A DNA stretch of 64,000 nt. Source: Flaccisagitta enflata. Its lineage: Eukaryota. How positions within the stretch are numbered: position 1 is the first letter of the stretch; each line of letters opens with the position of its first letter. Below, piece by piece: positions 1 to 25,286 of this stretch. The stretch spans positions 5,208,001-5,272,000 of the forward strand of contig OZ231126.1 in NCBI GenBank assembly GCA_965153355.1. The letters are read 5' to 3'. The notes under the pieces were generated by a model. That model was not told where the DNA came from. It saw only the letters and a program-made list of their open reading frames with translations, and ran no database searches. A program made the position numbers and the translations under genes.

Positions 1-2193
1 GATTTTTAATCAAAGAAAAATAATTGTTTCTAAAATTAATTACTCCACATTAGGTTAAAAGGGTGAAAAGAAATAACTTATTTTTGCTATGTAATGCACC
101 CAAATGTTGCAGATTGGCAGTGTCATTGGAAATTTCTCAGTTTGGCTATGCCTTGGAAATTTGACCAAGTGTGGTTGTGCCTTAAGGAAGCTTCCTTATT
201 GCAATGATTAAAAAGAAATTATGGTTTTGCGGTATTTAAAGATATGTCCACTTTCATTGATGCCATAGAAACGTCCCGAAATTTCGCATTATGATAGTTG
301 GTGAATCCCATAGTCGCCCCCCCCCTTTACCCGTTCCCTAATGTTCTTTTTGCTGATATTGCATCTACAATTCAACCGGTTGCCTTTTTCCTTGTATAAA
401 GAGCATAATGTATCATTTGAAATGATCGTCGTTGTTGACAGCGTGTGCGTCTCTATCGACCTTGACACGTTTACAAGACAATTTGACATTTTAGTCAGGC
501 GATTTTATACAAAAAGTTAGCTCCAATTTTATTCTTCACACATGTACACATATTTTTGTCGAAGCATAGCATGCGTTAAATGCAAAATGCATACTTCTAG
601 TCTGTCTTCTGCGATGAAATTTTTACTGTGGTAGGCAAAGGGTCTGATTTGTGTTCAGTTAAAATTTCATCTTACTAGGTCAACTGGAAGTATCGTTTTT
701 TTTTTTTGCGTTTCATACTTGCCATGCTTTGACAATGATATGTGTACAGGTGTTAGTCTTCCGGTCTATTTCGGGACTTTGACTAGCCGTATTATCCAGG
801 TGTGTCATTACTCAAAAGTTCTTTAGCAAAAGTTTTTGGACTATCAATTTTTATCGTTAAGCGGTTAAACTTTCTAGTTTTGATAGTGAAGAACTTAAAC
901 ATAAAATCAAAAGTGAAACTTCATAAGCATTAAAATAATTTCTTAAAAAACGATTATATTAAAACAAGATTTTTAAAATTAAAATTCTCGTAGATCGATA
1001 TTGATTATTTGCTCTAAGTAACATCTGTATCTGGACACACCCGACTGTATTGTTCCAGGCAAAAGACGTTTCCTTAAAATTTACCGAGTTTATGCTAAAA
1101 CGATGATGCTAATATAGCTCGTGATTCATTTAACAGAACGTCGTCTTAGCCAACTTTCCCAGTCCGTCGAATTAGCAAAGATTTATGATCTTACATGAAA
1201 CCTGTTAGTAACGTATCTAATTTCTTCTTCCTTTTGCGTCTATTTTTAAACCTAAAGCTAGTCGTTGACAGTTTTTCCGTGTGAATCAGTTATTTTACAT
1301 GAATTTCTTTTCAAGCAGGCGCAGGGTTAAGAAGTTCTAACTTTAGTGCCTATTGCAGAAAGACAAAAAGATCTTGCGGTGGACTTTCTCGAACATAATG
1401 TGCGCTAGTGCGCCTCAGCTATGCCGTGCTGATCACGGCTTTTGCTCGACCTGATTCAGCGATGTATGGCAAGGGACTTCAGGGACATCACGTGACGTCC
1501 CTGCTGTCGAGCTGGAAAGTTTGTCGGGCTTGAAAATGTGTTGTCAAAAAAAAATTGTAGACAGAAAGAAAAGAGAGAGAGAGAGAGAGAGAGAGACTGA
1601 CAGACAGACAGACAGATAAACATTACAAAAAAAAATCATTGAACCAAATTCTATGGGGGAAATGAAAAACGAGTTTACAAAACAAAATGAGGCAAGGGCA
1701 TAATTGATGCGTTGATAATTAGTATGCTTTGCCCCTACCTGCCATACAGTTTTTCTAGATACTTTCTTATAGGAATCAGTTGAAAACAGATCTATTTGAT
1801 AAAAAAAATAACCATCTAGATGAAAATCTCTCTTTTATTTGTTAGGTTCTATCTAGCATTGGCTTGGAAAGCATATGAATCATAGCAAATCAGTTAAAAG
1901 CTGTCGTGCTTAGATTTGCTGTCGTGCATGGAATTGGCTGTGAAGTCCCTAGGCTCCAACATCGCTGACCTGATTATTCTATCGGCTTACTGTAAATTTA
2001 AAAAAGAAAATAAAAAAACATCGAAAATGAGGACATAATCATTGACAGAATGGACAAAAAAAAAGTCTCGCGAGTAATGAATAGTAAACATTGACTGTAC
2101 ATGAACGCAGTTTTGGAATGGAGATTTAAGATTTAAGAATGTATAAACTTGACGCGGAAGCGACGTTTCAAGTGAATCTCTTGAAACTTTAAG

Positions 2194-2767
2194 GATCAAA
2201 CGGAAGTCGTGCCCCTGGACGGACCAGACGGAATCCACCTTTGTCTGCGACGAAGTGATTTATGGGGTTTGTCGGGAGGGCGGGGGAAAGGTGCGTGTGT
2301 GGGGGTGTTTGTGGGTTGGTGTGTGGGTGGGTGTGTGGTGATAGAAGTTGTAGCGGCGGCAGGTAAAAGACCATGGGTTGAGAAAGGGGGGGATGGAGAA
2401 ACCGGGCGGGTATATTTTGAGGGGGTGAAGAAAACGGGGGCATGGGGAAAGAAATAATGAGATTAGTGAAACGGTTCCTTCAGAATTTGAGAAAGCTTTT
2501 AGATTTTCCTGGAGGATGGTTCAAAAAACTTGAGGTATAATCAATTTGACCGTGTTCAAAAAAGAAAATTTCTTGATCGTTAGAACGATGATCCCATACC
2601 AATGGAACCGCATGCAATGCTGGGTAAGATTTTTTCGAAGTTGGAAAGATTTCAAGATGGATAAGGAGTGAAAACTGGGTGGTTAAAAAGGGAAGTTGAT
2701 TGGAGACTCTCTTGCGGAGAGAGGATTTATCCGTTTAACACCAGAATGTTTGAAATCAAACAAGTGA
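2194..2767 (+). other. Candidate 3' exons of an unidentified small spliced gene
   Basis: Four AG/GT-bounded blocks (2194-2254, 2484-2534, 2584-2623, 2745-2767) join in phase: IKRKSCPWTDQTESTFVCDE/NLRKLLDFPGGWFKKLE/NDDPIPMEPHAML/ECLKSNK*. No homology recognised and no start codon found. Confidence 0.25.
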
Positions 2768-3071
2768 CTTTATAAAACTTGAAAAAATCGGACCAAATTT
2801 CTGATCAATAGAAAAAAGACCAAGTCATTCTCGAGAGAAACCACAAAAGCCTCATGGCGCTTTCGATGTAGTGCTGCATGGTATGTGGCTGACATTTCTG
2901 TGAATCCTCTCAAACTTGCCTCTACGATCCTATCAAACTACTAAACACACACCAAATGAACTCTGGTCGTTTAAATCAGACAAGCGACGTTTGCTTCATT
3001 CATCGATTAAGTTAATTTTAGAGACTGAAGAGACGCCTACACACAGGATTAAGATTACGATCGTTATCGTC

Positions 3072-3607
3072 TCATTTCCTCGGCGCCGCGGCGCCGCCTG
3101 GGGGTTGACTCAGATCCGGCTTTCTCTTGACGTGGTCACCCTCGTGTTTCTTCGATTCTTTCCCTTTGGATTCTTTAGAGGAATTGAGGCCGAGGGCGCT
3201 TGACGCTTTACGGCCGATACTCGTGGTCATCAAGCCACCAGACATTCCCTGCGTAGTGTATTTATCGTCCATCAAATTGAGACGCAAATGAAACTGATCA
3301 GAGGTTTTTGCACTTAGCTTGATTTTGGCGACATTGAAAGTGAGTGATCAACTACGTCAGCGAGCCTGTAATGACGCCGAGCTTGTGAGTGAGCGAACTG
3401 AGCATGGATCATTCCCAATCGATACAGAATCTGACTCAAAATATAATCAAGAAGAAAATACTCGGTGCGCTAAGATTGCCTTTAGGATTCTCTTTGGAGT
3501 GGCGGGGCTTTTGAAGCCTTTGCTGGCGCTGAGATTGGAATGTCCAGGATGAGGCATGTGGAATATAGAGGACGGAAGCAAATGATCCGACCCGGTGCCT
3601 TTATCCA
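3072..3607 (-). CDS. Candidate distal C-terminal exons of NKIRAS (3607-3480, 3248-3072)
   Basis: Phase-1 acceptor at 3608-3609 fits the NKIRAS exon-6 donor. Reads MDKGTGSDHLL...PKRILK, then a GC donor, then GMSGGLMTTSIGRK...AAAPRK*. Confidence 0.4.
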
Positions 3608-3786
3608 CTACACATTGAAAGGCGAATGAAGGAGGGGGGGGGGGGGAGAAGGGGGAAGTCGATGGGGTGGTTCAAAAAAGTGGTGAGGCCAGGGTAGTTG
3701 AGAACTAGTCATCCAAGGATCGCACATGGTCAGCGGTACCCGATGCCCTGCTTGGAGTGATCAAGTGAAGTAGTGGAGAGAGAGCA

Positions 3787-4301
3787 GGGCAGCGGCCCCA
3801 AAGGGCCGATGTCCTGTAGGACACAGGGGGGAATTTTGAGACGTCCTGAGGTATATTAGGTCTGAGAAGATGGATAGAGGTCATTGAAGGCGGTTTTGAA
3901 GCCTGGAGGGCAGAATTAGGTTCTGAAGATTAAATTTTAGGTTTGAGGGGCAGGCTTGAGGCCCAGAGGACAAATTTGAGGCCTAAAGAGCTTATGTGAG
4001 GCCTGGAGGGTGGATTTGGGGTATGGAGGGCTAATTTGAGGTCTGGAGGGCAGATATGAGGTCTGGAGAGCTGATTTAAGGTCTCAAGGGCTAAATTGAG
4101 GTCTGAATGGGCTTCTCAGCCCATTCTGATGGCTCAGAGGGCCAAAATCAGGCCTGAGAGAGCAAAATTGAGGCCCCCGATGGCCAAGGGGGGGGACGGA
4201 CGGACGGACGGACGGAAGGACGGACGGACGGACGGAAGGACGGACGTCTCAAAATTCCCCCCTGTGTCCTACAGGACATCGGCCCTTTGGGGCCGCTGCC
4301 C
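3787..4301. mobile_element. Non-autonomous element with ~60-bp inverted repeats, internal ~21-bp degenerate tandem repeats and (GGAC)n
   Basis: gggcagcggccccaaagggccgatgtcctgtaggacacagggg... at 3787 has its reverse complement ending at 4301. Related copies lie at ~20116-20949 and ~26245-26715. Confidence 0.75.
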
Positions 4302-5076
4302 AAAAAGGGACGAGGTACGTTGCAAGGGCGATGTTCGCTTCAAGGATACAAATACACGCACTGTATTGGTTTGTACAAAAAGCTATGAAAGCGTTATTTT
4401 AGTTGCTAGCGGAGGGAGAGGGGAAGGGGGGAGTTGTAGCAAACGAAAAGTATTTGCTTAAAGCCTAAAGCGAGTTCTATAAACACTCGGAACACTGGTC
4501 CTTGACCATTGGACACTATCTTTTATGACTGTCGACTCCATGCATCCAAGTTATATATAAAATTAGATCCCGAGTTCCACAACATTTGGAGGGTCGAGCT
4601 CCTTTGTCCACTACTCCATTTCTCTTGAAGCAAGCAATGTACAATGCACAGTAAAACAAATCCGTATGAAAAGTCAAGAAAAAAAATCTTTAAACGTTTT
4701 TTCTTTTTTGGTTGAAGAAGGAAAAAAAAAATACGGATAAAGTAGATCAAACCTTAGTGAGTGGGGGGATTTTAAAATTCTACACCACGGTATGATCCGA
4801 TGATGAAGATGCCAAACTTGGCGACGGGTCGATGGTAGCTTGTGACAGACTACGCCACCAAAATGGATGGCTTTTGTCTTAATAAATGTAAAAAAAAAAG
4901 ATGTGCATTTGTGTGTGTTTGTATAAGAGATAAAAATGATGAAAATTCGGCAAATGCGTGATTGTGATTTGTTACATATTTTTTAAGACAGAAAAAAAAA
5001 GCGAAGTGGTTCAGGGATAAATGATAGAATTACATGAAACGGCACCGATTGCTTTTAAAGCAATAGTTGAACTTAC

Positions 5077-8000
5077 TTGGTGGTTGAGTCATTTTGGAGA
5101 CCATTTGCACGACGGGCTCAAACAGCGTCTTCCGGTCAGCCACAGTCGCCTCCCGGAAAAGAACTGCGTGTGATGAGGAGATATTAATAACACATGGATA
5201 GGGAAACTGATATGGTATGATGAACTTGCAGTGTAGGGGGGGGGGGTGAGTGGAGCTATTTGGGACACGGGAAATTCGGGACAAAGTGAAACAGCTTTTT
5301 CCAGGTTGGGAAGAGTTGCCTGGTTTTTGTCTTGCAACCGCACCTTGCCCGGTACTTCCACACTGACCAATTGCATTTCCTATTCATCCAGGCATGAAGA
5401 ATCTATGGGACGTGTCCCAAACAGCCCCACTCCTCCCCACAGAAGTATGAACATCATAAATTTACAAATTAAACCGTCTGGAGTAAGTGTGTGTCCAAAA
5501 TATTATCATTATGTCTTATGTACTATTTTGTTATATAATTTGGTGAAGTAGTTAAAGCTCGTTTCTACCTTTCTCTCTGGCGGCCCATTGCTCCACGTGC
5601 TTCTTCGGCACTTGACGGTTGGCTTCCAAATCGCACTTGTTGCCTATCGCAATGATGGTCACCTGAAACAACGAAACAGTCCTTACTAGTACTTCAAGCA
5701 GCAGCTACTGGGAAGCAAATGCGCGCAAAGTTTTGTGTGTGGGGGCCGTTATATACCTCTTTCTTTTCCGCTTTGAATCTGTCAATGTCGCGCTTGAGTT
5801 TTTCCACGCACATGAACGATTCCATGTTGTCGATGCTGAAGAAGAAAAGTGGACGAATCATGAAAATGAAAAAACTGGTATCTTCAGAAATCACATAATA
5901 TCTGACTATTATTTGAATCTTACGTTAAGTTGCTGGAAATGTTAACCCCCTTCCCCTCTTCAACTCTCTTATACGCACCTGTAGACAAGGATGAAGCCAT
6001 CTGCCATGCTGATGTAGTGCTTGGGCACCTCCGAGAGTGGAGATTCCTGTATGAGATGTAAGATAAAGTAACTTAAAGTTATGACGTTTTATTCTGTAAA
6101 AACGTTTTGATGATTGGGTGTCCTACAATGGCAGTCTACCAATGTGTGATTGGAGTCTTGCCACGCTATGGGAATTCCCGATTTTACAACCAAAAATGGT
6201 GAGAAAAAGAAACTCAACTTCATTGTATTTCGGCTTAGTCAATTCTTAGTCCTGGGCGTTTCAATGAGGCCATACAACCAAAATTTGATCTTTTTCTGAC
6301 ACGCTTTTCCTGATTTTTGAAAAGAAAGCCTTCAAGATTCCACTCGCCGGCGCATCATCGCGCTTCAGCAACGTCTCGTCAGAATTCAGACTCAGTGCAT
6401 CGTGACGCGAGACTCGATCGACGCGCGCGCTCAAAGATGCTCCGTCTTGGAGTCCTCCATCCGCACTCTCAACGCCTTCCACGATCATGGGACCTTCGTC
6501 GCTTGGCGATCTCTGGTGTCGAGGATGTGGCACCAAGTTCGGAGGACAGTGGATTGGACAGAAGTCAGGGGACTGAAGGTCTGACAATGGCCAACATGTC
6601 GCGTCATTTATTTTGGCAAGGGCAGTGACAAAAAACGCATGTAAACGCCACAAAGCCAGTTGAATAGTAGTTACTAAAGGACTAACCAAAAGAAGTATCA
6701 AACTGCCTTCATAGCGACTAAGAATCAAGGAGATTAGGCTTTGATTAATGGTCTTTGAGGGGGCGGTAGTACACTTACAGACAACTCAAAGGACTGATGA
6801 TTGATGATATTGCCTCATCTTCCTCCTTTTATTCCTCTTATTTTAACAAGTATTTGTGCCGGGAAATGGTCGATACGGAACTACGATTGCGTCGTCAATG
6901 CGTTTGCGTGGAATGGGGAATGGACGAACGAGTTTTCATCTGCTGCTCAGCCTTTGCAGATCAGGAAGATGATCACTGGGAAGCTATCGTACCCATCAAA
7001 TCCACCGTTGCAGGTTCGCCATTTGAGTCTTTAAGAAGTGGGTGGGAAAGAATTCAGCGTGGTAATGGAAATCATATGCACTGTATACAAAATACATGGG
7101 CAATTTGGCAGATGAAGGGGACCGCGACTTTACCCGTCTGGAAGTTCCTGACTTTGGGTGTCGCGTCGTGAAGGAAACCATGGAGTTTGCCGCAAAGAGG
7201 ATGAAAGAGGATTTGGCCATTCATCCCCGAGACTGTGAAAGGAGAAAGGAGGGAAATTTCGGTACGACGATCATTTACGATCGCTCTACGGAAGGCAAAA
7301 AGCGGATGAAAGAGCAGTATCATTCGTTGGAAGAATGGAAGGCGTCGGAAGATGTCGATGTTCCGTTGGAGGATTACGACTACGGAGTGGGAGAAGAGTT
7401 ACGAGAAAGTGGCGGGAATTACGGAACTTTCGAAGAAGGACAACGCGACGCTGGTCATGAGGAGACACCCGCGATGGCTGGCGGAATCTCGGCAATAATC
7501 GCCGATGGCGGCGCAGCTGGAGATTTTGTTGTATCTGGAGTATGGGAAGAGATGGAAGCGGGGGAATCCTCGGTCGATTTAAATGAGTTTTCGGCCGATT
7601 ATGATAGAATCGATTTAGCATCCGTGGAGGGGATAACGTCGCTGGCCGACCGGATGAAGGATACTTCCGGGACGTGGACGGCAACGGGCGCCGGAGACGC
7701 GTCCGATCGACTCGATATTCCGAAGATGAGTCGCATTCCACGAGCGATGACGACGACGACCAATGAGATGCGCGATGTAGAATCATCACATCGTCAAAGG
7801 ATAAAAGCCGCACGTAGAAGATCAAGAATCCCCATCGTCCCGACTTTACAACTGAAAAGACGCGCCAGCATCGCCGCCATTCCTCTGACGCCTCCCAGAC
7901 AAGGCGTCGTTTTGACGCCGCCCAGACACGGCGCCGCTATGGCGCTATCGGCGCAGCTATGTGTAATTGATTATGGCGTATTGGAAAACGGGGAATGTGA

Positions 8001-8871
8001 CTTAAGCTCAGATGGACCCTCGAAGGGATTTCAAAAGGCGAGAAGGAGCTTGATTCCGAGGGCTAGTGGTGTCATGGCGAAAATGGGCACGGGAGAAATG
8101 TGATTTTCGAATAACGTACAGCTCATGGGAGACCAAGAGAATGGTATTAAGTCATGGCAGTGATGGAAATTCAGAGGTCTTATTGGTTTTTTCAGTATAA
8201 ATACTTAGATTTTGCAATTTCATGGTGAGTTTCTTAAGTGTAGAAATACAGTTGTAGATTTGATTGGACATCCATTGTATGCTTATTCCAACTCATAAAT
8301 TTTAAATTATCACCTCGGCCTCTTCCATCTTTTGAAAATTTTCAATGGCGGTGAGGGGAACTTAGGCAAGATATTCCTGAATTAAAAATATTTATGAACA
8401 GCATTGTTTGGTCGCCATAAATTTTTTGGATTTGGGCACTTTCTTCACAAGGCACAAGAGGTGTTTGTACTTACCAAACCGGCTGTGTCGTAGAAGCATA
8501 CTCGCTCTTTCTCAGGTCCTTTCGGCCCATTGGTCCTGTCGCTCTCTATTAAACCCATGTAACAGTCTTCAATGGTAGGGCACAGATCCTGCGGGTATGG
8601 TTGGAAATATTTTGGTTGTACCCTTGCAATCAGGTCAATCATGGACTTGGATGAATTGTGAAATGTGAATACTGGTCAGTGAATGGGGTTACTTTCTTCA
8701 GGGGACTATTACAGCATTGCCTTAACATGAAAAGTCTACAGTTTTCTTCACTTAAACAGTTGTACTTACCACTCCTATCATGTTGCTCTCAGGATAGATA
8801 ATTTTGTTAATTAATGCAGTTTTTCCCGTCTTTGTTTTCCCAAAGACAACGACTTTGTTTACTTTTCCCAT
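5077..8871 (-). CDS. NKIRAS: NF-kappaB inhibitor-interacting Ras-like protein (kappaB-Ras), core exons
   Basis: Exons 8871-8770, 8588-8475, 6046-5979, 5835-5757, 5662-5569, 5163-5077. Motifs: MGKVNKVVVFGKTKTGKT (P-loop), TIEDCY, FYDTAGL, PKHYISMADGFILVYS, IAIGNKCD, EATVADRKTLFEP. The 3' end is ambiguous (exon 4877-4780 or exons 3607-3072). Confidence 0.88.
5232..5442. mobile_element. Small MITE-like inverted-repeat element in an NKIRAS intron
   Basis: gtgagtggagctatttgggaca near the left end pairs imperfectly with tgtcccaaacagccccactcc near the right end. Confidence 0.45.
6168..8103 (+). CDS. Putative orphan gene (~475 aa, SxIP motifs) nested antisense in NKIRAS intron 2
   Basis: Exons 6168-6198, 6337-6578, 6851-7013 and 7112-8103 are all GT-AG and phase-compatible (1428 nt). 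The last exon is the 335-aa ORF in the track. Confidence 0.6.
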
Positions 8872-9980
8872 AGTTTTTCTTTGCAGATCGCCGAAAAGTA
8901 ATTGAATACTCTCAAGGTATACAAACTGCCCACATTTCTGGATGTTTTGAGAGACAATTCACAAAAAATCACAAAAATTATCCATAACCAGAAGGTTGTC
9001 CTTTGAGTCGATGATCATTTGTTGGATATTTTGGTTTGGCTTTGCTGCTCACCAAGCAGACTGGATTGGAAAGAAAACCTTCCCCTCATCTAGGCAACTG
9101 CTCATGGTATGCTAAATCTGTTGAAAATCATAAGGATATAAATGTTTATTGATAATTTCAGGATATAAATCAATAAGTATTTTAAATGATATGGATAAGA
9201 TAAGAAAAAAAAAAGTTGCATGTGAATGTGTCGAGACCATCAAGAAACTATTATAATCACTGGCCATGCAATTTTAAAAATATGTGTCTGAAAAAGGGAT
9301 TAGCTCAAAGAATTCTTGGACACAAAATTCATTCGGAACTTCTGATTTCACCGCCTTTCTCTGATCTAATTTTCCATCAGAACATTCTCTGTTATTAAAT
9401 AAAAAGAACATGATTTTCTTAAACATCAAGGAGTGATGCAAGATAGAAAAATGAAGTTGTCTTTCAGGGGATTTCATCAGAAATCGTTTTCACTCTTAAC
9501 TTAATACAAAAAAATAAGAAAAAAACAAAACAAAAAAAATTCTAAACTTGATGAAATATGCAGGGTAAGACCCTTTTTTAGCTTCTCCCAGCGGCACGAG
9601 TTTTTATTCATGCTTAGCTTCTGCGTCATTGCTCTACTGCTCTAGCCTTGGAACCAATTAACTACACATTGATTTAGTTTAAATTTTAGTTCATTTTAGC
9701 GTCTTTTGTTATCTTTGCCCCTCCCTATCTCCACAACTTTTAAGTTAGCCTTCATAAAAAAGTATATGAAGATTATCATATGCTACCCATCATTGATTCC
9801 CGCACACCGTGAGCCTGTTTTAACTTCGACAGAAATCGGGAAGAGGAGCTGGAAAGGCTCAGTAAAGGAGGATCAAAGTCCCTTTTTTTTCCTCGCCCAT
9901 CAAACTCAATTCTTCATTCCTTCTCCGTGATTAAACTCGACCTATTCGTCAATCCATTCAATCAATCAATCTCAGTAATC

Positions 9981-11736
9981 ATGCGGTGGCAATTTAAGGA
10001 AGATAATGCCCTCAGTAAGTACAATCAAGGTTGGGAGGGAAGTTTGCTTGCTTGCGAAACTAAGGAAGGAAAGGAAAGGCTCAATTCTGTCCTATATCCG
10101 AGCAACGCAATTTGCTTGGCCTGGGTGGGGATATGTGCGAGTGTCGACATGATTCTTTGGGGGATCAGCTGACGAGCTCTTTGTTCTTGATTCTCATTCC
10201 TATTTCTGATACTATAAGTGGTTAGGAAGGGGGGGAGGAGTGAATCTGAAAGGTTGCTCCATATAACCGCTCATAGGACGTGTAGGACAATTTTAAAGTT
10301 TGATGAATCATTCAATGATTTTGCAGAATCATTTTGATTGCGTAACTGGCTTGAAAGATGGTCGTTGAGGGACTGTGGAACAGTCCCTGGGTGTATGATC
10401 TAGCTCTTGGAACGATAGTAGGTTTAGGGGTCCAGTGAAACCAAAATTGTCTTAGAACCATCACGCTACTACCATCTAGATAGAAAGTATCAATTGATAT
10501 TTAAAAACAGGAAAATTCATGGTTGTGTTGTTCCTTAGTTGTTTTCTAATTTGTTATTGTCAAACAGTCATTTTGATAATTGCGCTTGTTTCATTCGTTC
10601 TCTCTCCAGATAATCGGCAAGCAGAATCAGCTAAAATCAGGACCAAATATCCGGAGAGAATCCCGGTACGCATCTCATTTTGAAAATGTCTCTTGCGTGT
10701 GCAGTTGTTGCTCATTCATGCATTCACGACCTTGGCCATCAATATTTGGATAGTTGAAAAGAATTTTCAACTTTGGCAGTGTCTTGCTCTCAAATGCGAC
10801 TTATCTGGGGTCAGTCGCTCCTTGTTGAGCAGCAGTTCGTTTTTTTTCTTCCAAATTTGATGCTTCTCTTCAGTTGACCCAATTTATTTATGGCCAAGAT
10901 GATAATTTGAGAGCTTTTGCCGGTTTCATCAGTAAGGTTTTGGGTTCTGCCAGGTGATCGTGGAGAAAGTGCCGAACACTTCGATTCCTGACATTGACAA
11001 GAAGAAATTCCTGGTGCCCAACGACATTTCCGTGGCGCAGTTCATGTGGATCATCCGGAAACGAATCCAACTTCCTTCGGAGAGAGCCATCTTCCTCTTC
11101 GTAGGCAAAATACTACCCCAAAGCAGCGCCAGCATGGGGCAAATATATCAGGAACACAGGGATGAGGTATTCATGGATACAACACAATGAAGTGGCTCCT
11201 CTCAACCTTATTTTCCTTGCGAATTGCCTTACTGGCTGGCAAGCTGATTGATTGATACACTGGATGGATGACTGGCAGGAATGCTGAATGACTTGCTCAC
11301 AAGATGGCTAGCTGGAAGGCTGGCTGACTGACTGACTGATAGATTGGGTGGATGACTGACTGGAATCTGAATGACTTGCTCAAATGCTGGCAAGCGGAAA
11401 GGCTGGATGACTGGTTGGTTTGTTAGGTGGCTAGTAGATGAGCTGACCAACTTATTATTTTGCTACTGATTATCTTGCTTTCGCCGTACTTGTTTATATC
11501 TCCTTGCTTGTTGCCCCTTTACCAGGATGGCTTCCTCTACATAGCCTACAGCGGAGAAAATTCATTCGGAAGGTAAATCACTTTGTCTCTCAATGTTTCC
11601 CAATTGTGGGGGGAGCATTTTGGTTCTCTTTGTCTTCATCCCGTTTCCTGCGGACAGCTTTGACTCTTTCTTATGGCTTTACTTTTGAGATACCATAAAA
11701 ATGAAACATTTGTTTTCTCTACCCAGCTCGGAGTGA
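9981..11736 (+). CDS. GABARAPL2: ATG8-family protein, GABARAPL2/GATE-16-like
   Basis: Exons 9981-10014, 10610-10665, 10954-11166, 11526-11572, 11727-11736. MRWQFKEDNAL...KIRTKYPERIPVIVEK...DIDKKKFLVP...DGFLYIAYSGENSFG-SSE*. Confidence 0.93.
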
Positions 11737-13209
11737 TTTCCTCCTGATTTCCATTATGGTAACGGCTCCATCAATGGCCCTCCGTCAACAACAAAAACAA
11801 ACAACAACAACAACAACTTTACTTCGCCTCGAAAACAAAACAAAAACACTCGATCAGACCTCGAAAAAGAAAGTGGGGGGGGGGGGGAGAAAGAGAAATG
11901 AAAGGAAACCTCGAGTCGATATTTCGAGACAACATGTCCTGCGATTTTAATACGAATTTGTCCATTTTTCTTGTCATTTAGACATACACCTGATTATACA
12001 CATCTGTTTGGTCATAAGCTTTGATCCTTTTGCGGAAGAGCCAATGGAGGCCATGGCAGAAAAGGTTATAACTGCTTCTCTGTTAGTATCCTAGGATCAT
12101 AAAAGGGGAGGGGTGTTAGGAGATTAGTAACAACAGGTTAACTGTCAAGTTTTTCGTCATAATCTATCTCTCGAATAGGTTTTAAAAAATATGAAAATGA
12201 TTGCAATTTAGTCACTGTAGTTTGATTAACTCCATATTAATAGTTGTGTATTTATTGTTACCACGACCCTTTATCTCTCTTCGAATATGCCGTCTCGAGC
12301 GTGATTTAACTCATGAAAATTAGTTTGTGTTCTTCTGCGCATTACGTTATGTATGAACTTTATACATGTCTATCCTTAGTGTAGCTGTTGTTGCATGAGT
12401 TCCTCTCTTGTCACGCAGACGTATTTGGCGAGTTGGTTTCGAAGTGCGAGAGGTGGTTCTGTGCGAACTTTGAGCTTTTCCCATTATTTCAAGAGCAATC
12501 TCTTTACACGAAGATATCAAAGCTTAATCAGCAGCTGACAGAGCCAGATAAAAGATAAGGAATCATCGGTCATTGCGGCTTTCATGGCAGTTCGTCCCAG
12601 TTACGGAGGGATACTTTTCCTACATTTAATAATTTAAAGTAAGGAAACCGGAAGCTAGTCATGAAACAAATCGTTTTTGTATGGGGGGGAGGTCATATGA
12701 TATCGCGTCGTAGAATGACGAACTTAAAAACTTTTAAAGCAAATTTAACCCCACAATGTCAAAGGAAACCGTAAAAGACTGTCAAAAAATAAGGAAGCTA
12801 CTTAGTTTCGCACTAGTCAATACTCGCTTCTGCGCATGTCCAATCATTTTCCCTGTGGTGGAAAAAGAAATGTTTTTGATACATATATCATGTCGGAGTC
12901 ACTATTGAATGCTATTTTCATTGCTATATTCGGTCAGGTTTATTGAAATTAACCTTTCCATGGGTTTAACACTAACGATCAATGATATAACTGATATATC
13001 ATGTCTTGTACCGCGTTTCTCTATTTGTCTCTTTGAAATAAATCGCCAAAAAATAAAAAAAAAACACATCGAACCTACATATACAAATCTTGTATCACCT
13101 CTTTTTTTTTTTCTTTTCTCTCTTTTTAGAGTATATTGATAGGGGAAAGTTGTAGCTAAATGAATCTTTATTGAATCGAGGAGACTTGCATATCTCGAAA
13201 TTTCTAATC

Positions 13210-25286
<12,077 letters not shown>

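Noticed and set aside
1-2100. Short ORFs and exon-like blocks at the window start
   Set aside because: Stops in all frames tried and no recognisable homology.
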